A DNA stretch of 64,000 nt from Roseburia sp. GTDB taxonomy: Bacteria > Bacillota > Clostridia > Lachnospirales > Lachnospiraceae. Of the stretch, positions 29,614 to 38,625 are shown in pieces. The DNA lies in NCBI GenBank assembly GCA_045121975.1, contig JBGVHB010000059.1:16337-80336 (forward strand). The letters run 5' to 3'. The position numbers were made by a program, and so were the translations under genes. Below the pieces are notes generated by a model, which saw only the letters and a list, made by a program, of their open reading frames with translations, had not been told where the DNA came from and made no database searches. Within the stretch, counting starts at the first letter, position 1. Each line of letters begins with the position of its first letter.

Positions 29614-32600
29614 GTGAAAGCAGGTGTCGAATTGCGTAAAAGAATGAAACAGCTTGCAAGTGGAAAATTCGAACATACTGGACCAAAGCTTTCCTTATCT
29701 ACAACAAAGATTGAGCTTGAGGTGTTAGAAGGCAGGGATGCCACTGGTGAATTTACGATTACCAGCACAAATCATGTGAAGATGAGAGGAGTTATTTATT
29801 CGTCTAATCCACGAATGGAATGTCTGACTCCACAGTTCGAGGGAGAGGAAGTAAGGATTCGGTATCAATTTCATAGTGAAGGCTTAATTGAAGGGGATAT
29901 TCAAAAGGGCGACTTTTTCATTGTCTGCAATCAGGGAGAATATAACCTTTCTTTTGTTGCGTCCATTTCTAAGCTTTATGCGGATTCCTCCATTGGAAAA
30001 GTTAAAAATTTAACAGACTTTGCGAAGCTTGCGAAAGAAAGCTTTGAAGAAGCATACCGCCTGTTCTATTCGAAAAATTTTCCAAACATTATCAAGCCGC
30101 AGGAAGAAAAAGAACGTCTTTTATATGAAGCAATCCAGCACGAAGTACCATCCGGGCAGAAGGTAGAGGAATATCTTACTGCCATTGATTATAAAAAGCC
30201 GGTACAGATTTCTCTTGCGCAGGACGAATTTGAATTTTATGAGGTAGAGATTTCAAGAAAAGAACAGCTTGAATTAAGAAAAAATCAGTGGGGTTACACA
30301 TCCATTCAGGTATCCTCCGATGCAGAATTTTTGATTCCATCAAAAACAAGAATTACGGCAGAAGACTTTTTAGGAAGTACCTGCTTTTTTGAATATTATA
30401 TTGATAAAGAAAAAATGCATGCCGGTAAAAATTATGGCACGCTGACATTCGAGTATCCGGGCGGAATTTTACAGACTGCCATTATGGCATCTGTGGCTGT
30501 AAAGGCAGAAGAACAAAAGCCGTCGCTGCATCGGGAAATTACAGAGGGACGAATCCAGTTAATGAAGCTTTACATGGATTACCGCCTGAAAAAAATTGTA
30601 ACAGGTGCATGGGCAAAGCAGTCAATTGCGATTTTAGACCATCTGATGATGATTGAGCCGAACGAAGAATTGTTTTGTCTGATGAAGGCACAGGCACTTA
30701 TTATTAATAAACAGCGGCAGGAAGCAAGCTGGATTTTAGATGACTTTAAGAGAGAATGCATTGATAGAACAACGCCTATCTGGGGGTATTATTTATATCT
30801 TTGTACACTAATGGAGCGCGAAGAATCCTATGTTGACCGATTGACAGAAGAAATCGAGGAATTATTCCGCAGGCATCCGAAAAGCTCTCTTTTATTCTGG
30901 GTGCTGCTTTTTGTAAAAGAAGAGTACTATCGGAATGGGGCAAAGCGGTTAAGAGCATTAGAGCAGTGGATAGGAAATGGAAATGATTCGCCATTTTTCT
31001 ATCTGGAGGCATATTATTTAATCTGGCAAGACCCATATCTTTTTGTGAAATTAGGAAAATTTGAACTGAAAATTTTAAATTGGGCAAGGAAACAGAACGC
31101 GATTTCTAAGGATATTGCATTGCAGGTGTTAAATCTTTTGTCAAGCCAAAGAGAATATGAGCCAAAAGTATATAAGCTTTTATGCAGCTGTTATGAAGTG
31201 AATCCATCCGAAGAAATGCTTTCTGCAATCTGTTCTTATTTAATCAAAGGACAGAAGCTTACGAAAGAGTACCATAAATGGTATCAGCTTGGAATTGAGC
31301 AGGAGATTCGTATTACGAATTTATATGAAGCATTTTTGATTTCAATGGAGCGTACAGAGATTACCTCCGTACCAAAGGTGATACAGATGTATTTCCAGTA
31401 TCACAACCATTTATCCTATCGGCAGCTTTCTGTACTTTATGTGAATATTATTGCAGGAAAAGAAAAACAGCCGGAGGTCTATCACAAATACCGGAGAACG
31501 ATTGAGCAGTTTGCAATGGAGCAGATAGAGGCTGGAAGGATTGATGATAATCTGGCAGTCATCTATGATGATATGCTACAGCTTGGCATCTTAAATGAAG
31601 AGTTGGCGCATCATTTGTCAAAGATATTGTTTACACATAAGCTAACCTGCCCGGATAAAAAAATGACAAAGGCTGTGATTGTACAAAAGCAGATGAAACA
31701 GTGTCAGGTGGTAAACTTTGTGAATCAGACAGCTTATTTTCAGGCGTACTCAAAGGATTATTGTATTGTGCTTGTGGACGCCTATGGAAACTGCTATGCG
31801 CAGAAGCGTTTTTATCAGGATGAACCGCTGCTTCGGGCTGAGCGTTATATGAAACAGTGTTTAGAGGCAGCACCAAAGGAACTGCCATATCTGATACAGT
31901 TTTTTGCAAAAAAAGAGCGTTATGCTGAATTTTATGAAAAGCAGGAAGATTATTTCCCGGTAATCCTACAGTCAGATGCGATTACTGATAGATATCGTGC
32001 AGCATTGCTTCCGGTTGCAATCGAATATTATAGCGAGAAGCACCATGAGGAAAGCATGGAGCAGTATTTGAAAAAGGCAGATTTTCGTCATATTTCGCCA
32101 AAGAGCAGAATTCTTCTTGTAGAGCTTTTGGTGGAGCTTCATTTATATGAGGAAGCTTATTATCAGGTAGAGCAGTATGGATATGAGAAGTTGGGAAGTG
32201 CAGCGAGAGTAGCATTGTGCAGTTACGAGATTACGCGCTGCGGATTTGAAGAGGATGAATTTTTATTAGGTTTTGCAGAGACTACCTTTTTCACCGGAAA
32301 ATATAATGATGTCATGTTGATTTATCTTTGCAAATTTTACCAAGGACCGACGAAACAGATGGCGAAGTTGTGGAAGGTGGCTGGCAAATTTGAAATTGAT
32401 ACCTTCGATTTGGAGGAGCGGATTATTACGCAGATGCTTTATTCTACAGATTATGTAGATTGTATTGACGATATTTATGACAGTTACTATTCCGGCGGAG
32501 GAAGAGAGCTTGTATGCATGGCATATCTGTCTTATTTTTCTCATTATTATCTGGTCAATGATATGCTTGTGGCAGAGCAGGTATTTTTACAGGTGCAGGA

Positions 32601-33174
32601 GCGTCTGTTAGAGGAACAGGAATTAAATGATGCCTGCAGGCTTGGACTGATGAAATATTATTCTGAGCAGGAAAAATTAAGCGAGGTACAGCGGAAGCTG
32701 TTAGATGGATTGCTGCTGCAATATACCTGCAAAAACATCTATTTTTCTTTTTATAAGAAATATGAGAAGTCCTTGATATTAAAATATCATTTTTATGATA
32801 AGAATTTCATTGAATATCATGCAAAGCCGGGCAAAAGAGTTGTTTTGCATTATACCTTTGACAATGGCGAGTATCAGGAAGAGGATATGCAAGAGGTGTA
32901 TGACGGAGTTTTTGTGAAGCGTATCACACTTTTCTTTGGAGAGACATTGCAGTATTATATTTCAGAAGAGGATGATGCAAGAAAACAGAAGGTTGCATCA
33001 AGTAATCAGATTTCTAATAATGATATGTACAGTGAGGAAGACCAGAGCCGCTATGCATTGTTAAATGATATGCTGCTTCAGGCGGCATTGCAGGAAAATG
33101 CACAGTTGAAGCGTGCGATGAAGTCATATCATGGAATGAAGAAATCAACCGAGCAGATATTTAAACTGTTATAG
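29614..33174 (+). CDS. Large hypothetical protein (DUF5717-like; beta-rich termini, alpha-repeat core)
   Basis: 1186-aa ORF, first of four closely spaced genes; family recalled, not searched. Confidence 0.7.
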   Translation: MKAGVELRKRMKQLASGKFEHTGPKLSLSTTKIELEVLEGRDATGEFTITSTNHVKMRGVIYSSNPRMECLTPQFEGEEVRIRYQFHSEGLIEGDIQKGDFFIVCNQGEYNLSFVASISKLYADSSIGKVKNLTDFAKLAKESFEEAYRLFYSKNFPNIIKPQEEKERLLYEAIQHEVPSGQKVEEYLTAIDYKKPVQISLAQDEFEFYEVEISRKEQLELRKNQWGYTSIQVSSDAEFLIPSKTRITAEDFLGSTCFFEYYIDKEKMHAGKNYGTLTFEYPGGILQTAIMASVAVKAEEQKPSLHREITEGRIQLMKLYMDYRLKKIVTGAWAKQSIAILDHLMMIEPNEELFCLMKAQALIINKQRQEASWILDDFKRECIDRTTPIWGYYLYLCTLMEREESYVDRLTEEIEELFRRHPKSSLLFWVLLFVKEEYYRNGAKRLRALEQWIGNGNDSPFFYLEAYYLIWQDPYLFVKLGKFELKILNWARKQNAISKDIALQVLNLLSSQREYEPKVYKLLCSCYEVNPSEEMLSAICSYLIKGQKLTKEYHKWYQLGIEQEIRITNLYEAFLISMERTEITSVPKVIQMYFQYHNHLSYRQLSVLYVNIIAGKEKQPEVYHKYRRTIEQFAMEQIEAGRIDDNLAVIYDDMLQLGILNEELAHHLSKILFTHKLTCPDKKMTKAVIVQKQMKQCQVVNFVNQTAYFQAYSKDYCIVLVDAYGNCYAQKRFYQDEPLLRAERYMKQCLEAAPKELPYLIQFFAKKERYAEFYEKQEDYFPVILQSDAITDRYRAALLPVAIEYYSEKHHEESMEQYLKKADFRHISPKSRILLVELLVELHLYEEAYYQVEQYGYEKLGSAARVALCSYEITRCGFEEDEFLLGFAETTFFTGKYNDVMLIYLCKFYQGPTKQMAKLWKVAGKFEIDTFDLEERIITQMLYSTDYVDCIDDIYDSYYSGGGRELVCMAYLSYFSHYYLVNDMLVAEQVFLQVQERLLEEQELNDACRLGLMKYYSEQEKLSEVQRKLLDGLLLQYTCKNIYFSFYKKYEKSLILKYHFYDKNFIEYHAKPGKRVVLHYTFDNGEYQEEDMQEVYDGVFVKRITLFFGETLQYYISEEDDARKQKVASSNQISNNDMYSEEDQSRYALLNDMLLQAALQENAQLKRAMKSYHGMKKSTEQIFKLL

Positions 33175-33202
33175 GTAGAGGATAAAGAGAAGAGGATGAA
33201 GA

Positions 33203-34429
33203 ATGGAGTACGGCTATTACATCGGATTAGATATTGACGATAAAAATGTAGTTGTCAGCGTATTTCAAAATGGAATGAAAGAGCCGGAAACTGTCAGCAC
33301 AGTTGCAGGAAGTGAGCTTTTTCAGATACCGTTGCTTTTAAGCAAAAAAAGAGGAATCGGTCAGTGGTTTATTGGTGAGGATGCCAAAAAGATTGCTGCC
33401 GGACAGGGAGAAGAGCCTTTTTCTAATATTCTTTCGATGGCACTTTCTAAGGAAGAAGTGCTAGTGGAAGAGGAAGCATATCAGGCAGTCGATTTGCTGA
33501 CGCTTTATATTCGAAAGGTTCTGCTCATAGCAGTGCGTTTTGGTGCACAGATGCTGCCGGATAAGCTTGTGATTTCTGTGGATGAAGTATCTAAGGACGT
33601 GACAGAGCTGTTTGCTTCTGTCGGAGAGCGGCTTGGATTAGATAAGAAAAATATCACTGTGATTGACAGAAAAGAAGCATTTTATTATTTTGCATTAAAT
33701 CAAAAAGCGGATTTGTGGCTGCATGATGTCTATCTTTTTGATTACCGCACAGAGGATATGGTTTGCTGTCATTTAAAGCGCAATCAAAAAACAGTTCCTC
33801 AGCTGATTACGATAGAAAGTAAAGTGAAAAAGATGCTTCCGGCAAAGGATGACGGAAGGTTTTATCAGATATTGCTGGATTGTTTTCGAGGAAACATCAT
33901 ATCTTCAGTATATCTGGTAGGAGATGGTTTTGAAGGCGGCTGGATGAAGAGAGCACTTTCTTATATGTGTCAGGGAAGACATGCGTTTATGGGAAAGAAT
34001 CTTTATTCAAAAGGCGCATGTTATGCGGCAATCGTATCAAAAGAGGGCACAAACTGGCCATATGCGTACATTGGCGACAATGAGATGAAGGTCAATGTCA
34101 GCTTAAAGGTAAGAAACCGCCGCAATATGGAATTTTTTACGCTGGTTTCTGCTGGGGACAACTGGTATGAAGCAGAAGGCAGCTGTGAAGTGATTTTAGA
34201 CGGAACGCCGGAAATTGATTTCTGGTTACAGTCACCACATGGCAAAGATGCGAAGGTAGAAAAGCTTAAGCTTGCAGATTTGCCGGAGCGTGAGAATAAA
34301 ACAACGAGACTTCGTATTATGGCAAAGCCTGTTTCAGATACTAAGGTGCAAATCAAAATCCGCGACATGGGCTTTGGCGAAATTGTAAAAAGCTCAGAAA
34401 AAACGTGGGAATATATTATGTCGTTATAG
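33203..34429 (+). CDS. Degenerate Hsp70/actin-fold protein (DUF5716_C-like)
   Basis: IGLDID phosphate-1 motif, QIP..WFIGEDAK, C-terminus LPERENKTTRL..IRDMGFG resembles an Hsp70 SBD. Confidence 0.65.
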   Translation: MEYGYYIGLDIDDKNVVVSVFQNGMKEPETVSTVAGSELFQIPLLLSKKRGIGQWFIGEDAKKIAAGQGEEPFSNILSMALSKEEVLVEEEAYQAVDLLTLYIRKVLLIAVRFGAQMLPDKLVISVDEVSKDVTELFASVGERLGLDKKNITVIDRKEAFYYFALNQKADLWLHDVYLFDYRTEDMVCCHLKRNQKTVPQLITIESKVKKMLPAKDDGRFYQILLDCFRGNIISSVYLVGDGFEGGWMKRALSYMCQGRHAFMGKNLYSKGACYAAIVSKEGTNWPYAYIGDNEMKVNVSLKVRNRRNMEFFTLVSAGDNWYEAEGSCEVILDGTPEIDFWLQSPHGKDAKVEKLKLADLPERENKTTRLRIMAKPVSDTKVQIKIRDMGFGEIVKSSEKTWEYIMSL

Positions 34430-34438
34430 GAGAAAAGC

Positions 34439-35272
34439 GTGGGCGAATTATTATTATGCAATCAGGAAATGGCAGCAATGCCATATTATCTGGAGAGCAT
34501 TTCTCTAAATGTTTATTCAATGGAAGAAATCTGTTATTATATAGAAAATAACCTTTATCTGCTGGATACCGATTTTATGGATATGGAGCTGTGCAGCTGG
34601 GTGGAACAGGAACTTGGTGAGAAACAGCTATCGGAGCAGCTGAAAAATGTGATTTATCAAAATGGCAGTTTGGATAAGTTTGTTTCGCTGATTTTGCAAA
34701 GCTGTTGTTATTGCAGTAAGGAAACAGAAGCACACATTATGGCAGTACTTAGTGAGATGCAGAGTAAATCAGCTTTTGAGTGTGGCAAAATCCGGGCAGA
34801 CCGTTTTATGGAGAATCAAAGGTATTATAACGCTGTCATGGAATACCGCAGACTTTTGCAGATGGAGGAAGAAAATAAAAAACAGCCGGAATTGTCTGGA
34901 AATATCTGGCACAATCTTGGTACAGCCTATGCGAGATTATTCTTATTTCAGGATGCGGCAGAATGTTTCTTAAGCGCGTATTCGAGAAATCAGAATAAAG
35001 AATCTTTACTGGCGGCAATGGCAGCCTTTCGCTGTGGAAATGACATTGACGGTTTAGAAAAGATGCAGAAGGCTTATGGCATCAGCATGGAAGAACTCCA
35101 TGAGATAACGGAAGGCTGGACACAAATCAGCAGGAGTACAGAAATAACAGAATTTGAACAGCAGATAGATATGCTGTTTGAAGGTAATTCTGACAGTGAA
35201 GAAGAAAAACAACAGATTCTTGAAATACTTGAGAACTGGAAAACAGAGTACAAAAAAAATTGTGGAATGTAA
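34439..35272 (+). CDS. TPR-containing hypothetical protein
   Basis: GNIWHNLGTAYARLFLFQDAAECFLSAY TPR-like helices. Confidence 0.7.
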   Translation: MGELLLCNQEMAAMPYYLESISLNVYSMEEICYYIENNLYLLDTDFMDMELCSWVEQELGEKQLSEQLKNVIYQNGSLDKFVSLILQSCCYCSKETEAHIMAVLSEMQSKSAFECGKIRADRFMENQRYYNAVMEYRRLLQMEEENKKQPELSGNIWHNLGTAYARLFLFQDAAECFLSAYSRNQNKESLLAAMAAFRCGNDIDGLEKMQKAYGISMEELHEITEGWTQISRSTEITEFEQQIDMLFEGNSDSEEEKQQILEILENWKTEYKKNCGM

Positions 35273-35281
35273 GGGTAGGAT

Positions 35282-36451
35282 ATGTGGTTTTTTAAGAGAA
35301 GAAAAAAAGAGAAGACACTGGAGAAAAAATTTGACGACTTAAATCAGGAGGTTTTAACCGAACGGGATAAAAAGAATCCGAAAAAGGTAGAACAGTACGT
35401 CGTAGAGCATTTAAAACAGATGGTGGAGCTGACAAAAGAGGTCGAAGAGGAAAAGGCTGAATATAAGATGATTACCTCTTACCTTAACGATATTCATACG
35501 ATTGAAGGTCTGCCGGAAGAGGAGCACGATAAAATCGTAGATATTGCGCAGAATGTTGTCAGCTTAAATCAGGCGCGGTATGAATTTTTGCATGCAGAAA
35601 GAAAGATTTCTGACGCGCAGTATGTACAGATGCAGCAGGAAGAAGCTGAAATTCCAAATGCGATTAGGCGTTTAAAGGAAAATGAAAAATATCTTGCAAA
35701 AATCAAACAGGATTTAAAATATTTAGAGCGTGAAAAAGAAGAATGGTTCTTTTATAAGGATGACTTAAAACGTGAGCAGAAGAGTCTGCAGAATATTATT
35801 TATGCGGTAACAGGATTTGCGATTTCTCTGGCAGTTTTATTTTTGATTTTACAGATTGTATTAGAGCTGCCAATGCAGATGGCATGGACAATCTTGCTTT
35901 TTGCTGCTGTTATGGTAATTTGTCTGTTATATCTTAAAATTTTAAATGCGCAGTCAGAGTATAAGCGGGCAGAAGCGAATGCAAATAAGGCAATCGTGCT
36001 TCAGAATAAAGTAAAGATTAAGTATGTAAATATGCAGAATGCAGTAGATTATGCCTGTGAAAAATATCACGTAACTTCTTCCGCAGAGCTGAACAAAACA
36101 TGGGAGGCTTATATGGAGGCAATTAAGCAGCGTGAGAAGTTCGAAAAGAATAGTGATGATTTGGAATACTATTCCTCACGTCTGGTGCGTGAATTATCCA
36201 AATTCCGTCTTTATGATGCGAAGGTATGGATTCCACAGGTGCAGGCAATTGTAGACCATAAGGAAATGGTTGAGATTACGCATAGTCTGATTACAAGACG
36301 ACAGAAGTTAAGAAGCAGAATGGAATATAGTATGGGAATGGTAAAAAACTTAAGAGCAGAGGTAGATAAGCTGATGTTAAATGTCAGCGCAATGAAACCT
36401 GAAATGCAGGAAATCCTCAATTCCATCGACCAGATAAGCGGAGCTAATTAA
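35282..36451 (+). CDS. Coiled-coil membrane protein with two central TM helices
   Basis: Long heptad-rich arms flank the hydrophobic hairpin IIYAVTGFAI..VICLLYLKIL. Confidence 0.75.
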   Translation: MWFFKRRKKEKTLEKKFDDLNQEVLTERDKKNPKKVEQYVVEHLKQMVELTKEVEEEKAEYKMITSYLNDIHTIEGLPEEEHDKIVDIAQNVVSLNQARYEFLHAERKISDAQYVQMQQEEAEIPNAIRRLKENEKYLAKIKQDLKYLEREKEEWFFYKDDLKREQKSLQNIIYAVTGFAISLAVLFLILQIVLELPMQMAWTILLFAAVMVICLLYLKILNAQSEYKRAEANANKAIVLQNKVKIKYVNMQNAVDYACEKYHVTSSAELNKTWEAYMEAIKQREKFEKNSDDLEYYSSRLVRELSKFRLYDAKVWIPQVQAIVDHKEMVEITHSLITRRQKLRSRMEYSMGMVKNLRAEVDKLMLNVSAMKPEMQEILNSIDQISGAN

Positions 36452-36464
36452 GCTCCGCTTTTTT
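36435..36464 (+). terminator. Intrinsic terminator overlapping the stop codon
   Basis: AAGCGGAGCT-AATT-AGCTCCGCTT plus T-tract. Confidence 0.8.
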
Positions 36465-36482
36465 ATGTGATAGGAAATTGCT

Positions 36483-36549
36483 CGTACATAGTGTACGCCA
36501 AGTGAAAACGCGCAGCGTTTTTAGAAGCGTCGCGCGGCGACGCTTTTTT
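36483..36549. repeat. Cluster of three short GC-rich hairpins (REP-like)
   Basis: CGTACA/TGTACG, AAAACGC/GCGTTTT, AAGCGTCGC/GCGACGCTT. Confidence 0.55.
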
Positions 36550-36605
36550 GCACCAATTTTTCAGGCTGACATAAATTATAAAGAGGAAAAGAGAGGAAAA
36601 TTGGA

Positions 36606-36881
36606 ATGAGAAATTATAATATGCCAAATTATACAATGCAGCCGGGAAATATGCCGGGACGCATGGATTATACAAGATGTGGTATGCCAGCTCAGCGGGA
36701 GACTTCATCCTGCGGCAGGAAGGATTCCTGTCTGGAAAGAGATTATGAGGTTGCAATGGCTTATGTGCCTTGGCAGAGCTTTGGCGAACTTTATGAGCCG
36801 GAAAAATCATTAGATGCAGGAACAATATTCGTAGAGATGGATAAACCATTTTTAGGAAGAGGAGGTATGATGCGGCGATGA
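36606..36881 (+). CDS. cotJA: Spore coat-associated protein CotJA
   Basis: VAMAYVPWQ..GTIF.E.DKPF. Confidence 0.9.
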   Translation: MRNYNMPNYTMQPGNMPGRMDYTRCGMPAQRETSSCGRKDSCLERDYEVAMAYVPWQSFGELYEPEKSLDAGTIFVEMDKPFLGRGGMMRR

Positions 36882-37138
36882 ATCAGATGTGTAAAGAAGA
36901 ATTATTACATTATATTGACCTTGTCAGCTTTCAGGTGATGGATGCACAGCTGTTCTTAGATACCCACCCGGATTGTGAAGAGGCAGAAAGACATTTCAGA
37001 CATTTTTTAGAACTTCGTGATGAAGCCATGAAATTGTATGCAATGAAATTTGGACCGCTGACAATCGATAGCATGGTTGTATCCGATGGCTTTGGCTGGG
37101 CAGATATGCCGCTGCCTTGGGAAGGAGGCTGCTTATAA
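36878..37138 (+). CDS. cotJB: Spore coat protein CotJB
   Basis: LFLDTHP, FGPLT, W...PLPWE. Confidence 0.9.
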   Translation: MNQMCKEELLHYIDLVSFQVMDAQLFLDTHPDCEEAERHFRHFLELRDEAMKLYAMKFGPLTIDSMVVSDGFGWADMPLPWEGGCL

Positions 37139-37762
37139 ATGTGGAATTATGAGAAAAGATTAGAATATCCAATAAACATTACAAAACCAAATGCAAAAAT
37201 TGCACAGGTTATTATGAGCCAATATGGCGGCCCGGACGGCGAAATAGGCGCGTCCATGCGGTATTTATCCCAACGTTACAGCATGCCGGACAGAAAAGTA
37301 GCAGGACTTTTAACGGACATCGGAACAGAAGAGCTTGCGCATATGGAAATGGTAGCAACAATTGTCAGACAGCTGACAAAGGGCTTAAGTGCAGAAGAAT
37401 TAGAAGCTGCCGGCTTTGCGCCTTATTATATTGACCATACGGCAGGTATCTGGCCGCAGGCGGCGGGTGGTGTGCCATTTAATGCAAACCAGTTCCAGTC
37501 AAAAGGAGATGCGATTACCGATTTATTTGAAGATATGGCGGCAGAGCAGAAGGCGAGAACTGTATATGATAACATCCTTCGATTAGTAAAAGACCCTGAG
37601 GTATGCGACCCAATCCGTTTCTTAAGAGCGAGAGAGATTGTGCATTTTCAGCGTTTTGGTGAAGGTCTGCGTATGATACAGGATGATTTGGACAGCAAGA
37701 ACTTCTATGCATGCAATCCTGGATTTGATGCAGATTGCGGAAAAAACAGCTGCAAGGGATAA
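37139..37762 (+). CDS. cotJC: Mn-catalase family spore coat protein CotJC
   Basis: QYGGPDGE, DIGTEELAH, AAEQKAR, REIVHFQRF. Confidence 0.93.
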   Translation: MWNYEKRLEYPINITKPNAKIAQVIMSQYGGPDGEIGASMRYLSQRYSMPDRKVAGLLTDIGTEELAHMEMVATIVRQLTKGLSAEELEAAGFAPYYIDHTAGIWPQAAGGVPFNANQFQSKGDAITDLFEDMAAEQKARTVYDNILRLVKDPEVCDPIRFLRAREIVHFQRFGEGLRMIQDDLDSKNFYACNPGFDADCGKNSCKG

Positions 37763-37832
37763 GTGATGAGAAAATTGCGTAAACAAGTATATTGATACAA
37801 AAGAAAAGTGTTTTGATTATCAAAATATTTGC

Positions 37833-38042
37833 TTGACATGGGAAAAAGGTGGATTCTTATGGGGATTACTTGGATGCTGTATTCCACTTGTTGGTTTAAT
37901 TTTATTCCTTGTATGGAAAGATAGCAAACCAAACTCAGCAAAAGCTGCTGGTATTGGTGCACTTGTATCTGTAATCGTATGCGTAGTATGCTACATTCTT
38001 ATGGCAGTACTTGGCATCGGTTTAATGAGCCTTGGCTACTAA
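37833..38042 (+). CDS. Small membrane protein, probably N-terminally truncated
   Basis: GGFLWGLLGCCIPLVGLILFLVWKD..AKAAGIGAL; only a TTG start without RBS. Confidence 0.55.
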   Translation: MTWEKGGFLWGLLGCCIPLVGLILFLVWKDSKPNSAKAAGIGALVSVIVCVVCYILMAVLGIGLMSLGY

Positions 38043-38439
38043 GATTGGCAGATTTCTTCAGATTTGCTTTGGCTGTCATGCGAGACCAGACAGGTCGTTT
38101 TTCTTTCGGGGAAAACAGTTCCCAATCTGTGCACGCTGTACAGGTGAGCTAATCGGGATGATTGCCGGAATTCCAATTGCTATATTTATTGGATACCCAA
38201 GATTTCTAGTAGTAGTCTTAATGATGGTACCAATGGTTTTCGACGGCTTTTTGCAGTTATTGACCTCGTATGAGAGCGGTAACATCCGAAGACTGATTAC
38301 AGGAATATTATTTGGTGTTGCGTTTATTTTTGGGTTCATTTATTTTCATAGGGCATGCTTTATGCTTGCAGCTGAAATATTGAAATTATTTGCAGATGAC
38401 CCGGAGAAAATTGAACGTGCATTGGAAGTTTTTTTATGA
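38032..38439 (+). CDS. DUF2085-like membrane protein
   Basis: CHARPDRSF..QFPICARCTG, DG..Q, RLITG. Confidence 0.8.
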   Translation: MATKIGRFLQICFGCHARPDRSFFFRGKQFPICARCTGELIGMIAGIPIAIFIGYPRFLVVVLMMVPMVFDGFLQLLTSYESGNIRRLITGILFGVAFIFGFIYFHRACFMLAAEILKLFADDPEKIERALEVFL

Positions 38440-38625
38440 AAATGATATGATTAAAGGTAAGAGACGGCTGCGTTTTCAGTATAAATTGGAAACGCAGTCG
38501 TTTTTATGTTCGTCAAAAATGTTTTTAACAACAGCACTTTTAATTCCGTTGAATGCCTTGTGGCAAAAGTTAAAAAATGATATAATTTTATGCGCAATAG
38601 AACGCAAAAATGGGGAGGCTTTGAT

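Noticed and set aside
29614-36451. Wadjet/SMC defence system
   Set aside because: No SMC Walker A/B ATPase and no JetD Toprim nuclease; the coiled-coil protein has TM helices instead
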